NCBI GenBank assembly: GCA_032718475.1
Contig: JAUCBJ010008811.1
Span: forward strand, 1 to 64,000
Source: Nemertoderma westbladi
Taxonomy: Eukaryota > Animalia > Xenacoelomorpha
Direction of reading: 5' to 3'
DNA: 64,000 nucleotides
A model generated the notes under the pieces. It did not search any database. It was not told the DNA's origin and worked only from the letters and a program-made list of their open reading frames with translations. A program made the position numbers and the translations under genes. Shown here one piece after another: positions 49,605 to 61,683 of the stretch (within the stretch, counting starts at the first letter, position 1; the number at the start of each line of letters is the position of its first letter).

Positions 49605-52600
49605 AAGGAGAGAATGTGAGCCTTAGCGTATATGTGTATGTGGGCGAATCATTAAAGGAGAGAAAGTGAGCCTTAGCGTATATGTGTATGTGGGCGAATC
49701 ATTAAAGGAGAGAAAGTGAGCCTTAGCGTATATGTGTATGTGGGCGAATCATTAAAGGAGAGAAAGTGAGCCTTAGCGTATATGTGTATGTGGGCGAACC
49801 ATTAAAGGAGAGAAAGTGAGCCTTAGCGTATATGTGTATGTGGGCGAACTATTAAAGGAGAGAAAGTGAGCCTTAGTGTATATGTGTATGTGGGGGAACC
49901 ATTAAAGGAGAGAAAGTGAGCCTTAGTGTATATGTGTATGTGGGCGAATCATTAAAGGAGAGAAAGTGAGCCTTAGCGTATATGTGTATGTGGGCGAAAC
50001 ATTAAAGGAGAGAAAGTGAGCCTTAGCGTATATGTGTATGTGGGCAAAACATTAAAGGAGAGAAAGTGAGCCTTAGCGTATATGTGTATGTGGGCAAAAC
50101 ATTAAAGGAGAGAAAGTGAGCCTTAGCGTATATGTGTATGTGGGCGAACCATTAAAGGAGAGAAAGTGAGCCTTAGTGTATATGTGTATGTGGGGGAACC
50201 ATTAAAGGAGAGAAAGTGAGCCTTAGTGTATATGTGTATGTGGGGGAACCATTAAAGGAGAGAAAGTGAGCCTTAGTGCATATGTGTATGTGGGGGAACC
50301 ATTAAAGGAGAGAAAGTGAGCCTTAGTGCATATGTGTATGTGGGGGAACCATTAAAGGAGAGAAAGTGAGCCTTAGTGTATATGTGTATGTGGGCGAATC
50401 ATTAAAGGAGAGAAAGTGAGCCTTTTGTGTATATGTGTATGTGGGCGAACTATTAAAGGAGAGAAAGTGAGCCTTAGTGTATATGTGTATGTGGGGGAAC
50501 CATTAAAGGAGAGAAAGTGAGCCTTAGTGTATATGTGTATGTGGGCGAATCATTAAAGGAGAGAAAGTGAGCCTTAGCGTATATGTGTATGTGGGCGAAA
50601 CATTAAAGGAGAGAAAGTGAGCCTTAGCGTATATGTGTATGTGGGCAAAACATTAAAGGAGAGAAAGTGAGCCTTAGCGTATATGTGTATGTGGGCAAAA
50701 CATTAAAGGAGAGAAAGTGAGCCTTAGCGTATATGTGTATGTGGGCGAATCATTAAAGGAGAGAAAGTGAGCCTTAGTGTATATGTGTATGTGGGGGAAC
50801 CATTAAAGGAGAGAAAGTGAGCCTTAGCGTATATGTGTATGTGGGCGAACCATTAAAGGAGAGAAAGTAAGCCTTAGTGTATATGTGTATGTGGGGGAAC
50901 CATTAAAGGAGAGAAAGTGAGCCTTAGTGTATATGTGTATGTGGGCGAATCATTAAAGGAGAGAAAGTGAGCCTTAGCGTATATGTGTATGTGGGCGAAA
51001 CATTAAAGGAGAGAAAGTGAGCCTTAGCGTATATGTGTATGTGGGCAAAACATTAAAGGAGAGAAAGTGAGCCTTAGCGTATATGTGTATGTGGGCAAAA
51101 CATTAAAGGAGAGAAAGTGAGCCTTAGCGTATATGTGTATGTGGGCGAACCATTAAAGGAGAGAAAGTAAGCCTTAGTGTATATGTGTATGTGGGGGAAC
51201 CATTAAAGGAGAGAAAGTGAGCCTTAGTGTATATGTGTATGTGGGCGAATCATTAAAGGAGAGAAAGTGAGCCTTAGCGTATATGTGTATGTGGGCGAAA
51301 CATTAAAGGAGAGAAAGTGAGCCTTAGCGTATATGTGTATGTGGGCAAAACATTAAAGGAGAGAAAGTGAGCCTTAGCGTATATGTGTATGTGGGCGAAC
51401 CATTAAAGGAGAGAAAGTAAGCCTTAGTGTATATGTGTATGTGGACGAACTATTAAAGGAGAGAAAGTAAGCCTTAGTGTATATGTGTATGTGGGGGAAC
51501 CATTAAAGGAGAGAAAGTGAGCCTTAGCGTATATGTGTATGTGGGCGAATCATTAAAGGAGAGAAAGTGAGCCTTAGCGTATATGTGTATGTGGGCGAAA
51601 CATTAAAGGAGAGAAAGTGAGCCTTAGCGTATATGTGTATGTGGGCAAAACATTAAAGGAGAGAAAGTGAGCCTTAGCGTATATGTGTATGTGGGCAAAA
51701 CATTAAAGGAGAGAAAGTGAGCCTTAGCGTATATGTGTATGTGGGCGAACCATTAAAGGAGAGAAAGTGAGCCTTAGTGTATATGTGTATGTGGGCGAAC
51801 TATTAAAGGAGAGAAAGTGAGCCTTAGCGTATATGTGTATGTGGGCGAATCATTAAAGGAGAGAAAGTGAGCCTTAGTGTATATGTGTATGTGGGGGAAC
51901 CATTAAAGGAGAGAAAGTGAGCCTTAGTGTATATGTGTATGTGGGCGAATCATTAAAGGAGAGAAAGTGAGCCTTAGCGTATATGTGTATGTGGGCGAAA
52001 CATTAAAGGAGAGAAAGTGAGCCTTAGCGTATATGTGTATGTGGGCAAAACATTAAAGGAGAGAAAGTGAGCCTTAGCGTATATGTGTATGTGGGCGAAA
52101 CATTAAAGGAGAGAAAGTGAGCCTTAGCGTATATGTGTATGTGGGCGAACCATTAAAGGAGAGAAAGTGAGCCTTAGCGTATATGTGTATGTGGGCGAAC
52201 CATTAAAGGAGAGAAAGTGAGCCTTAGCGTATATGTGTATGTGGGCGAACCATTAAAGGAGAGAAAGTGAGCCTTAGCGTATATGTGTATGTGGGCGAAC
52301 CATTAAAGGAGAGAAAGTGAGCCTTAGCGTATATGTGTATGTGGGCGAACCATTAAAGGAGAGAAAGTGAGCCTTAGCGTATATGTGTATGTGGGCGAAT
52401 CATTAAAGGAGAGAAAGTGAGCCTTAGCGTATATGTGTATGTGGGCGAATCATTAAAGGAGAGAAAGTGAGCCTTAGCGTATATGTGTATGTGGGCGAAT
52501 CATTAAAGGAGAGAAAGTGAGCCTTAGCGTATATGTGTATGTGGGCGAATCATTAAAGGAGAGAAAGTGAGCCTTAGCGTATATGTGTATGTGGGCGAAA

Positions 52601-55594
52601 CATTAAAGGAGAGAAAGTGAGCCTTAGCGTATATGTGTATGTGGGCGAAACATTAAAGGAGAGAAAGTGAGCCTTAGCGTATATGTGTATGTGGGCGAAA
52701 CATTAAAGGAGAGAAAGTGAGCCTTAGCGTATATGTGTATGTGGGCGAATCATTAAAGGAGAGAAAGTGAGCCTTAGCGTATATGTGTATGTGGGCGAAA
52801 CATTAAAGGAGAGAAAGTGAGCCTTAGCGTATATGTGTATGTGGGCGAAACATTAAAGGAGAGAAAGTGAGCCTTAGCGTATATGTGTATGTGGGCGAAC
52901 CATTAAAGGAGAGAAAGTGAGCCTTAGCGTATATGTGTATGTGGGCGAACTATTAAAGGAGAGAAAGTGAGCCTTAGCGTATATGTGTATGTGGGCGAAT
53001 CATTAAAGGAGAGAAAGTGAGCCTTAGCGTATATGTGTATGTGGGCGAATCATTAAAGGAGAGAAAGTGAGCCTTAGCGTATATGTGTATGTGGGCGAAA
53101 CATTAAAGGAGAGAAAGTGAGCCTTAGCGTATATGTGTATGTGGGCGAAACATTAAAGGAGAGAAAGTGAGCCTTAGCGTATATGTGTATGTGGGCGAAC
53201 CATTAAAGGAGAGAAAGTGAGCCTTAGCGTATATGTGTATGTGGGCGAACCATTAAAGGAGAGAAAGTGAGCCTTAGCGTATATGTGTATGTGGGCGAAC
53301 CATTAAAGGAGAGAAAGTGAGCCTTAGCGTATATGTGTATGTGGGCGAACCACTAAAGGAGAGAAAGTGAGCCTTAGCGTATATGTGTATGTGGGCGAAT
53401 CATTAAAGGAGAGAAAGTGAGCCTTAGCGTATATGTGTATGTGGGCGAACCATTAAAGGAGAGAAAGTGAGCCTTAGCGTATATGTGTATGTGGGCGAAC
53501 CATTAAAGGAGAGAAAGTGAGCCTTAGCGTATATGTGTATGTGGGCGAACCATTAAAGGAGAGAAAGTGAGCCTTAGCGTATATGTGTATGTGGGCGAAT
53601 CATTAAAGGAGAGAAAGTGAGCCTTAGCGTATATGTGTATGTGGGCGAACCATTAAAGGAGAGAAAGTGAGCCTTAGCGTATATGTGTATGTGGGCGAAT
53701 CATTAAAGGAGAGAAAGTGAGCCTTAGCGTATATGTGTATGTGGGCGAATCATTAAAGGAGAGAAAGTGAGCCTTAGCGTATATGTGTATGTGGGCGAAA
53801 CATTAAAGGAGAGAAAGTGAGCCTTAGCGTATATGTGTATGTGGGCGAACCATTAAAGGAGAGAAAGTGAGCCTTAGCGTATATGTGTATGTGGGCGAAT
53901 CATTAAAGGAGAGAAAGTGAGCCTTAGCGTATATGTGTATGTGGGCGAATCATTAAAGGAGAGAAAGTGAGCCTTAGCGTATATGTGTATGTGGGCGAAT
54001 CATTAAAGGAGAGAAAGTGAGCCTTAGCGTATATGTGTATGTGGGCGAACCATTAAAGGAGAGAAAGTGAGCCTTAGCGTATATGTGTATGTGGGCGAAC
54101 CATTAAAGGAGAGAAAGTGAGCCTTAGCGTATATGTGTATGTGGGCGAAACATTAAAGGAGAGAAAGTGAGCCTTAGCGTATTGTGTATGTGGGCGAAAC
54201 ATTAAAGGAGAGAAAGTGAGCCTTAGCGTATATTATGTGTATGTGGGCGAACTATTAAAGGAGAGAAAGTGAGCCTTAGCGTATATGTGTATGTGGGCGA
54301 AACATTAAAGGAGATAAAGTGAGCCTTAGCGTATATGTGTATGTGGGCGAACTATTAAAGGAGAGAAAGTGAGCCTTAGCGTATATGTGTATGTGGGCGA
54401 AACATTAAAGGAGAGAAAGTGAGCCTTAGCGTATATGTGTATGTGGGCGAACCATTAAAGGAGAGAAAGTGAGCCTTAGCGTATATGTGTATGTGGGCGA
54501 ACCACTAAAGGAGAGAAAGTAAGCCTTAGTGTATATGTGTATGTGGGCGAATCATTAAAGGAGATAAAGTGAGCCTTAGCGTATATGTGTATGTGGGCGA
54601 ATCATTAAAGGAGAGAAAGTGAGCCTTAGCTTATATGTGTATGTGGGCGAAACATTAAAGGAGAGAAAGTGAGCCTTAGCGTATTGTGTATGTGGGCGAA
54701 CCATTAAAGGAGAGAAAGTGAGCCTTAGCGTATATGTGTATGTGGGCGAACATTAAAGGAGAGAAAGTGAGCCTTAGCTTATATGTGTATGTGGGCGAAA
54801 CATTAAAGGAGAGAAAGTGAGCCTTAGCGTATTGTGTATGTGGGCGAACCATTAAAGGAGAGAAAGTGAGCCTTAGCGTATATCTGTATGTGGGCGAACT
54901 ATTAAAGGAGAGAAAGTGAGCCTTAGCGTATATGTGTATGTGGGCGAAACATTAAAGGAGAGAAAGTGAGCCTTAGCGTATATGTGTATGTGGGCGAATC
55001 ATTAAAGGAGAGAAAGTGAGCCTTAGCGTATATGTGTATGTGGGCGAAACATTAAAGGAGAGAAAGTGAGCCTTAGCGTATATGTGTATGTGGGCGAACC
55101 ATTAAAGGAGAGAAAGTGAGACTTAGCGTATGTGTATGTGGGCGAACCACTAAAGGAGAGAAAGTGAGCCTTAGCGTATATGTGTATGTGGGCGAAACAT
55201 TAAAGGAGAGAAAGTGAGCCTTAGCGTATATGTGTATGTGGGCGAACCATTAAAGGAGAGAAAGTGAGCCTTAGCGTATATGTGTATGTGGGCGAACCAT
55301 TAAAGGAGAGAAAGTGAGCCTTAGTGCATATGTGTATGTGGGCGAACCATTAAAGGAGAGAAAGTGAGCCTTAGCGTATATGTGTATGTGGGCGAAACAT
55401 TAAAGGAGAGAAAGTGAGCCTTAGCGTATATGTGTATGTGGGCGAACCATTAAAGGAGAGAAAGTGAGCCTTAGCGTATATGTGTATGTGGGCGAACCAC
55501 TAAAGGAGAGAAAGTAAGCCTTAGTGTATATGTGTATGTGGGCGAACCATTAAAGGAGAGAATAGCGTATATGTGTATGTGGGCGAACCATTAA
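49605..55594. repeat. 50-bp satellite, about 120 copies (attaaaggagagaaagtgagccttagcgtatatgtgtatgtgggcgaaNc)
   Basis: Directly visible, highly homogeneous tandem array. Confidence 0.97.
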
Positions 55595-55740
55595 TTCTGG
55601 AGTTTCGAATATTTGAACGTTAATAATTTGGTCAATCCTAATTGAAATGTCACCAAACTTGGAAAACATCTCTGTGCAAAATTAACAACCTTATTCCATT
55701 TAAAGTTCGTTAAATCTGCAATTTGTCCTATATCTAGGAG

Positions 55741-55861
55741 TTTGTATTTTTATGAATTCGTTTAGTTTTAACATTATTACCTCAAAATAAATATCAACCC
55801 CGCGAAACCTTCCCAAACTTATTATTATTATTTAGTTTTTTATTTTATAGCAAACATGCCT
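55741..55861 (+). repeat. Left arm of ~120-bp inverted repeat bracketing polB (right arm 58092-58213)
   Basis: tttgtatttttatgaattcgtttagttttaacattatt...aaaccttcccaaacttattatta...ttttatagcaaacATGCCT. Confidence 0.9.
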
Positions 55862-58108
55862 AGATCATCAACATTCGTTGACTGTCCTGTCTGCAATAAG
55901 AACATGCGCAGTGATAATCTCAACAAACATCTCGCAACTCATTTTAAACAATATTCATGCGATTGTTGTGGCACCTGGTCCTCCGATAAGAAAACTATGG
56001 TTAGCCATCTAGCGCTATGTACGCAAGGTGGGACTGGGTTCAGATTTATCAACGAAGAAAACACTTGCAAGTGTGGCGAATCATTCACTTTATCAGCCTT
56101 TAAAGAACACGATTGCTATACGCGACTCTTCTCTCGGAAACGCAAACAATCTCAAACGCCTTTGTCACCACCACCACCACCTCCACCACCAAACATTCAA
56201 TCTCCAAGGGTTGGCCCTTCTACTTCAAGACAACAGACTGGAGGTTCGACCAACAACCCATTTTTACCATCCGTGAATAGCTCATCCCACAACCGCTTAT
56301 TTACATATACAAACACGTTACTTACACCACAATTAGATGTAGAGTTAACACTTAGAGAAAATGAAAGTTATATTTGGGATAGAGTGAGTCAACATTTTAA
56401 TAATGAATTTAATTTTATAAAAGTTTGGTTAACTATTTCTATCTTAATGGAAAGGGAGACATCTGAGGGTACTCAATTAGAAACCTTCAGTTTCAAATCA
56501 AACGCTTCAAATAATCAAATAACTTCTAATTTAGATTTTGAAAACTGGTTTTCGCAAACTATCGAACGAATAGATGAATTAATAGCAGTCTTTGTTTGCA
56601 TGGGCAGTGGTTGGAATATTGTTTCAATCAAAGAAATCAATTTACAAATTTCTACCTTCAATCGCAACCCCTATTTAAAAGGACACGGTGGTGGTTATAT
56701 TCCTAAAATTTTAGCAAAGAAACAGTGCATTATTAACTTAGATTGCCCCATCGGGGAATGTTTTAAGTACGCAGTAGTCGCTGCTGCTTGTTATAAAAAA
56801 ATTGAAAGAAAGAAACAAAATATTAGACTATTGTCAACATATACTCCATACATGACCATGTTTGATTTCAGTACGATGAGTTTCCCAGTAGATAGAGTAG
56901 TAGGCATTCCACGTTTTTTAGAAACCAACCCTTTGTACTGCATTAATTTATTATTTTGGAGTACTGATAACATATTGAGCATTCTATCACAACCAAATTC
57001 AGAACATTGCTTCCAAAAAACTGTTTTAAATTTAATGTTTATAGAAGGTAATCAAAACAATCCAGGACATTACTGCGCAATTGTCAACTTAAATAGACTT
57101 ATTAATAAATCAGGACAAGGGACCAAAAAAATTTGTAAGCGTTGTCTGAGAGCTTTTTATACTATTAACTCATTGCAAACTCATCGGGAACTATGTTACA
57201 CAAGCAAACGACAATTGGAACAAATGCCTACACCAGATAAATTAAAAATTAAATTCAATCGATTAGATAAGACTTTATCCCCTCCCTTTTGCATATATGC
57301 CGATATTGAAAGTGTTTTAGAACCTACATCAAACCCTAAATTAGTTCAAAAGCACATTGCTAGCGCCGCCGCATTTTATACAGTACCCAATCGCGAGCTA
57401 ATAAATCCCCCACAAACATCATTGCAAATGTTTAGAGACACTGGAACAAACCATGTTATAGACGATTTTCTCACTGCTCTCGAATCACACTGTAGGGAAT
57501 TATACGAGTGGACTATTTCTGGTACAAACACCAATGTTCCTAAACATTTGACTCGAGCACAGCAACAAAATTTTGATAATGCTACAAACTGTTACACTCG
57601 TAACTGTTCTCTAACCCCTGATTCACATGGACTGAATCTAGCAGAAAATCTCAATACTAAAGTTTGTGACCACAACCATCTAACGGGAGCCTATCGTGGA
57701 GCGGCATGTGTTAGTTGCAACCGCAAACTTTCTCTTAAACGCAATAAATTTTATGTAGTGCTACACAACCTGAGGCATTACGATTCCCATTTAATATTAA
57801 AAGAAGGCCTGAAAAACAGTTCTAGAACTCATTGGCAGATAAATGTAATTCCAAAGAACACTGCGACTTATATCAATATAGAAATATCATTTCCCATAGA
57901 CAAAACCATGCAGACAGCAAATGCAAAAGAAAGTATTGTCATCAATCTTCTAGACTCTCTACAGTTCATGACAGCTAGTCTAGATAAGCTAAGTAGTTAT
58001 CTTACTGCAAACAATTCTGATCTAACAAAAGCTATCCCACACACTTTGAAACAAATGAAAAATCTTCATCCCACCAATATTAGCGATTCCAAGGCATGTT
58101 TGCTATAA
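55856..58108 (+). CDS. Polinton-type protein-primed DNA polymerase B, N-terminal part only (Zn fingers, exonuclease I/II, endonuclease VII-like insert)
   Basis: C2H2 CPVCNKNMRSDNLNKHLATH; GSGWNI; GHYCAIVNLNRL; CKRCL; YADIES (Exo I); DHNHLTGAYRGAACVSCN; HNLRHYDSHLI (Exo II); LDSLQFMTASLDKL. Palm motifs absent; the ORF ends inside the right inverted repeat. Confidence 0.88.
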   Translation: MPRSSTFVDCPVCNKNMRSDNLNKHLATHFKQYSCDCCGTWSSDKKTMVSHLALCTQGGTGFRFINEENTCKCGESFTLSAFKEHDCYTRLFSRKRKQSQTPLSPPPPPPPPNIQSPRVGPSTSRQQTGGSTNNPFLPSVNSSSHNRLFTYTNTLLTPQLDVELTLRENESYIWDRVSQHFNNEFNFIKVWLTISILMERETSEGTQLETFSFKSNASNNQITSNLDFENWFSQTIERIDELIAVFVCMGSGWNIVSIKEINLQISTFNRNPYLKGHGGGYIPKILAKKQCIINLDCPIGECFKYAVVAAACYKKIERKKQNIRLLSTYTPYMTMFDFSTMSFPVDRVVGIPRFLETNPLYCINLLFWSTDNILSILSQPNSEHCFQKTVLNLMFIEGNQNNPGHYCAIVNLNRLINKSGQGTKKICKRCLRAFYTINSLQTHRELCYTSKRQLEQMPTPDKLKIKFNRLDKTLSPPFCIYADIESVLEPTSNPKLVQKHIASAAAFYTVPNRELINPPQTSLQMFRDTGTNHVIDDFLTALESHCRELYEWTISGTNTNVPKHLTRAQQQNFDNATNCYTRNCSLTPDSHGLNLAENLNTKVCDHNHLTGAYRGAACVSCNRKLSLKRNKFYVVLHNLRHYDSHLILKEGLKNSSRTHWQINVIPKNTATYINIEISFPIDKTMQTANAKESIVINLLDSLQFMTASLDKLSSYLTANNSDLTKAIPHTLKQMKNLHPTNISDSKACLL

Positions 58109-58213
58109 AATAAAAAAACTAAATAATAATAATAAGTTTGGGAAGGTTTCGTAGGGATGGTTTTTATTTTGAGGCAATAATGTTAAAACTAAACGAATTC
58201 ATAAAAATACAAA
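58092..58213 (-). repeat. Right arm of the inverted repeat; overlaps a predicted minus-strand intron 58103-58227
   Basis: Reverse complement of 55741-55861 with a few mismatches; minus strand CAG|GTAAGA at 58227 and TTTTATAG|CAAACATG at 58103. Confidence 0.88.
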
Positions 58214-59499
58214 TTTATTGTTCTTACCTGCAGATTGATTCGTGGTATTGGAAAAAGAAAATTGCTCGATTAGGAATAATAAGAAGGAAAATCAAATCAC
58301 ATTGATGTTATAAATGTTTGCAACAATATATTATTTATAATAATAAATGTATTATGTATAACAATCTTGAAGAAAATATAATATTATGTATAACAATAAA
58401 TGTATTATAACTTTAAATAAAAAGTAAAATGGTCAATAATATTTTTGTAAGTAAAGTTCAAAGCGATGGATGGGGGTTTATAAGGGAAAGGGTAACCAAT
58501 GAAAATAAAAGTGAAGCTTGTGGGAACCAATAGAAATAAAAAAGAGAGAGAGAGAGATGTGCTATTGGATTGAGCGAATAATAAACACATTTCATTGGGT
58601 TCATTAAATGTAAAACATTAGTTAGGATGGGAAATGGGGTGAATTGAGAAGCGGGGAGTGCGCCGGAGAAAAGTGTATGTAATGAATGGGCTGCTGCGTC
58701 AGAATGGGTATGTTAATTAATGTTACACTAGAGTATCTGAACAAATATTTTAGGCATGGTATGGCAAGCGTGAGGGGTTATGCATTACTTCAAACAAAAA
58801 ACTACAGTAACTAGTATAGAGAAGGTTGGGGGTTAATTTGACACATGGTGTTTGGGTACTGGCTTTGTCGTTGAGCTAATACTCGGAGTGTGCGATTAGG
58901 CTCGCGGACTGCTTCGCAACACAATGCGAAAGAATGCAATCTATTGCAAGACCAGATGTTTATTCTAATTTCTCTGGCGAATTGACAATGGTTTACATGA
59001 TAACGAAGCTGGAGTTTAAATAATTTAAAATGTGTGGCAGGCCCACGTTGACATAGAGTATAACTCAACATGGGATTCCGTGGGATGCTTAATCCTTCAC
59101 GCATGAGTAGTATGGTAAACACCTGGAATAAAACAGCGTCTGCCATAGTCTACCATGTTAAAGAATTTGCCGAACGGCTCTTGCCCCGCCTACTTACTAT
59201 GATTACCATTGTTGCCCCACCCACTTACTATGGTTACCATTGTGCATATGTAACATATGTCACCACTGTGTATATGTGACATATGTGGTATAAGGCCAGT
59301 CCACAGACGGAAGTAATTTAATTAATTTGTGTCAATCGGTAGGCGTTTGACCTTGAACCGCAATAGGTAAAACCCAATATAGTAAGTGGGTTGCAGACGT
59401 TTGTTATAAAGTCTTTAACATGATAGACTATTACAGATGCAACAACTAAAAAAGGTGAATAAACACAGACTAACGGTGGCTACCAATATTGTCAAGCAA

Positions 59500-60110
59500 T
59501 AAGTTGCGGGGGGCGAGCCGCGAAGTGAGAATAAGGTATTTATAATATTATTTTAATTTGATTATTCTACCTATGGGGCGAGCCATGAAGTGAGTGATAG
59601 CATCGAAGTAAGGTTATTGTATTTATACTTATCACTACGCAACAAGTTGTGGGGCGAGCCACGAAGTGAGTATAAGGTTATAGTATTTATAATATTATTT
59701 TAATTTGATTATTCTACCTATGGGGCGAGCCATGAAGTGAGTGGTAGCATCGAAGTAAGGTTATTGTATTTATAATATTATTATTTTAATTTGATCATTT
59801 ACTTAAATCCGGCACCGCTTTATTTAAAAATTTCTCCCACCACCCACCCGCTTATCCCGCTATCACCATCCGCCCAATCTTCTTCCTCATCCTCAACATC
59901 ATTACCACCGCCACCATCACCCAACATCCCCATCATTACTTCCAACATTGAAAAAATGGGGCGAGCCATGAAGCGAGTGAAGCCTTAGCATATGGGTGCC
60001 ATTAATGAGTTGTGGGGCGAGCTACGACGAAGTAAGGTTATTGTTATATGTGGAGGGGCGAGCCATGTCCTGAGCCTTCACGCAGCACGAAGTAAGCAAA
60101 GCCTTTAGCA
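59500..60110. repeat. Cluster of ~7 ggggcgagccaYgaagtgag motifs, including a ~147-bp tandem duplication
   Basis: Copies near 59507, 59575, 59650, 59722, 59958, 60013 and 60055. Confidence 0.8.
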
Positions 60111-61142
60111 TGTAGGTACTATTGTTGAATTTGTTGATTTTATTTATTAACGTTATTATATTACTTTAAATTATTATATTAATTATATTAAATTACTTAC
60201 ATTAATTTTCGGTTGGAGGTGGCGTATGCGTTTCACCGATCATCCGCGGTGGGCACACACACATCGGTCGCCCCCCTGCGATCGGCAAGACGATCGCCGG
60301 GCGCGCTGGGGCCAAATCATCATTATACCTGCAGTTTACCTCAATTGAGTGCATCACCCGCACCCTTTGTGCCCACATAACTCTTCTTAGATTCATCCTG
60401 TTCCATTTTTCTAAATTAAATGTTGGAGGATGATGCTCGAAGGGTTGAACAACTAACGTCGGTTTTTTGCCGCCTTCAGCCATTGAAATTGAAATTAATA
60501 ATTAATAAATTAAGAATAATATTAAAAATTAAAATAATAAAGTGATGCCGCTATCGTGATTCTCAATGTTATATAGCAAACTACAACAGAACTAATAACT
60601 ACTTTGGTAAGGCTAATTTTCTATGCTTCGAAATTTATAGGAAGTTTTTCAAATAAGGCTAATTATCTATGCTTCGTATATGGCTTATTTCTTCTTTTGT
60701 GAAACCGGCCACATATGTGAGTAAATTGAACCCAGAGCTTTGATTGTCATTAGAGCGTTTAATTATTGTCTAATGCGTGTAGCGTGGATAGAGATTCTGG
60801 CCTTTGTGTTAACCACATAGGTTGGGCGGCAGATGCTTGGCATATAACGGAAGAGTTGGGTCCCAATGTGCTCTATACCCAATTATTATATTATTATTCC
60901 AGTTTTACCAGCCGCCCACACGTTAAAGAGACCCCCGCGAGGTTTCTGTGATTGACGATAAAAATTAAAAACGAATAGTGCTGCGTGAAGATCCCAACCC
61001 ACGTCACTTACCGCGTCCCATATATTTATTAAAAATATTGCTATTACTATATACCCAAGAAATAAATATTTATTATTAATATTAACGCTAATAATATGTT
61101 CACACACCGCAATTGAATATACCCATAACCGAAATAAATAAA

Positions 61143-61589
61143 TTATTTTATTAATGAAAGTGTCCACAGTAATAACAATAAATCATTGTACCGCAAATTA
61201 GAGGTGAATATATTCATTGCTCCAGGATTTTTCGGCACCTTGGTTAAATAATACAGGCAAAATAGACCACACTGAGTCGATTGCGGCGCTTGAAACATTT
61301 TACGATTCCAAGTATGCCTTTGGGTACCATATTTATGCAGCCAATATGATATTTTTGGTGGCGGGCGGGGCTTTACCAAACGAATCTAAATAATAAGCAA
61401 TTCTGTTAACCACGCGTACGCAAGACCAGTGTTGTCCTGGTAGGCCTATACGTTGATTATTAATAATAAATGAATAATTTTGTTTATGCTTATTTTTTTT
61501 GTGTGTATTAGGTGTAATTGGTCGATTGCGTAAACACCGATGTATTCGGGCCCCACCGGGAATTTCGCTAATTGTATAGAGTCCAACAT
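61143..61589 (-). pseudogene. Adenain-like cysteine maturation protease, frameshifted
   Basis: IGVYAIDQL, GQHWSC, YYLDSFG and FQAPQSTQCGLFCLYYL distributed over several frames. Confidence 0.85.
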
Positions 61590-61683
61590 CTTAGCGTACG
61601 CGTATCATTAAAAGTTTAAGAGAATTTTTCTAATTCTGCAGGCGGTGTGGCTTCGCTTACTTTGTACTATGCGAGATCTTTAT

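Noticed and set aside
49500-49605. Left terminus (TIR) of the Polinton
   Set aside because: No AGTAGT/AGAGAG-type end is recognisable, and the opposite end is outside the window.
49605-55594. CRISPR-like appearance of the regular arrays (also 40707-43050)
   Set aside because: No unique spacers and no cas genes; head-to-tail monomers in a eukaryotic context.
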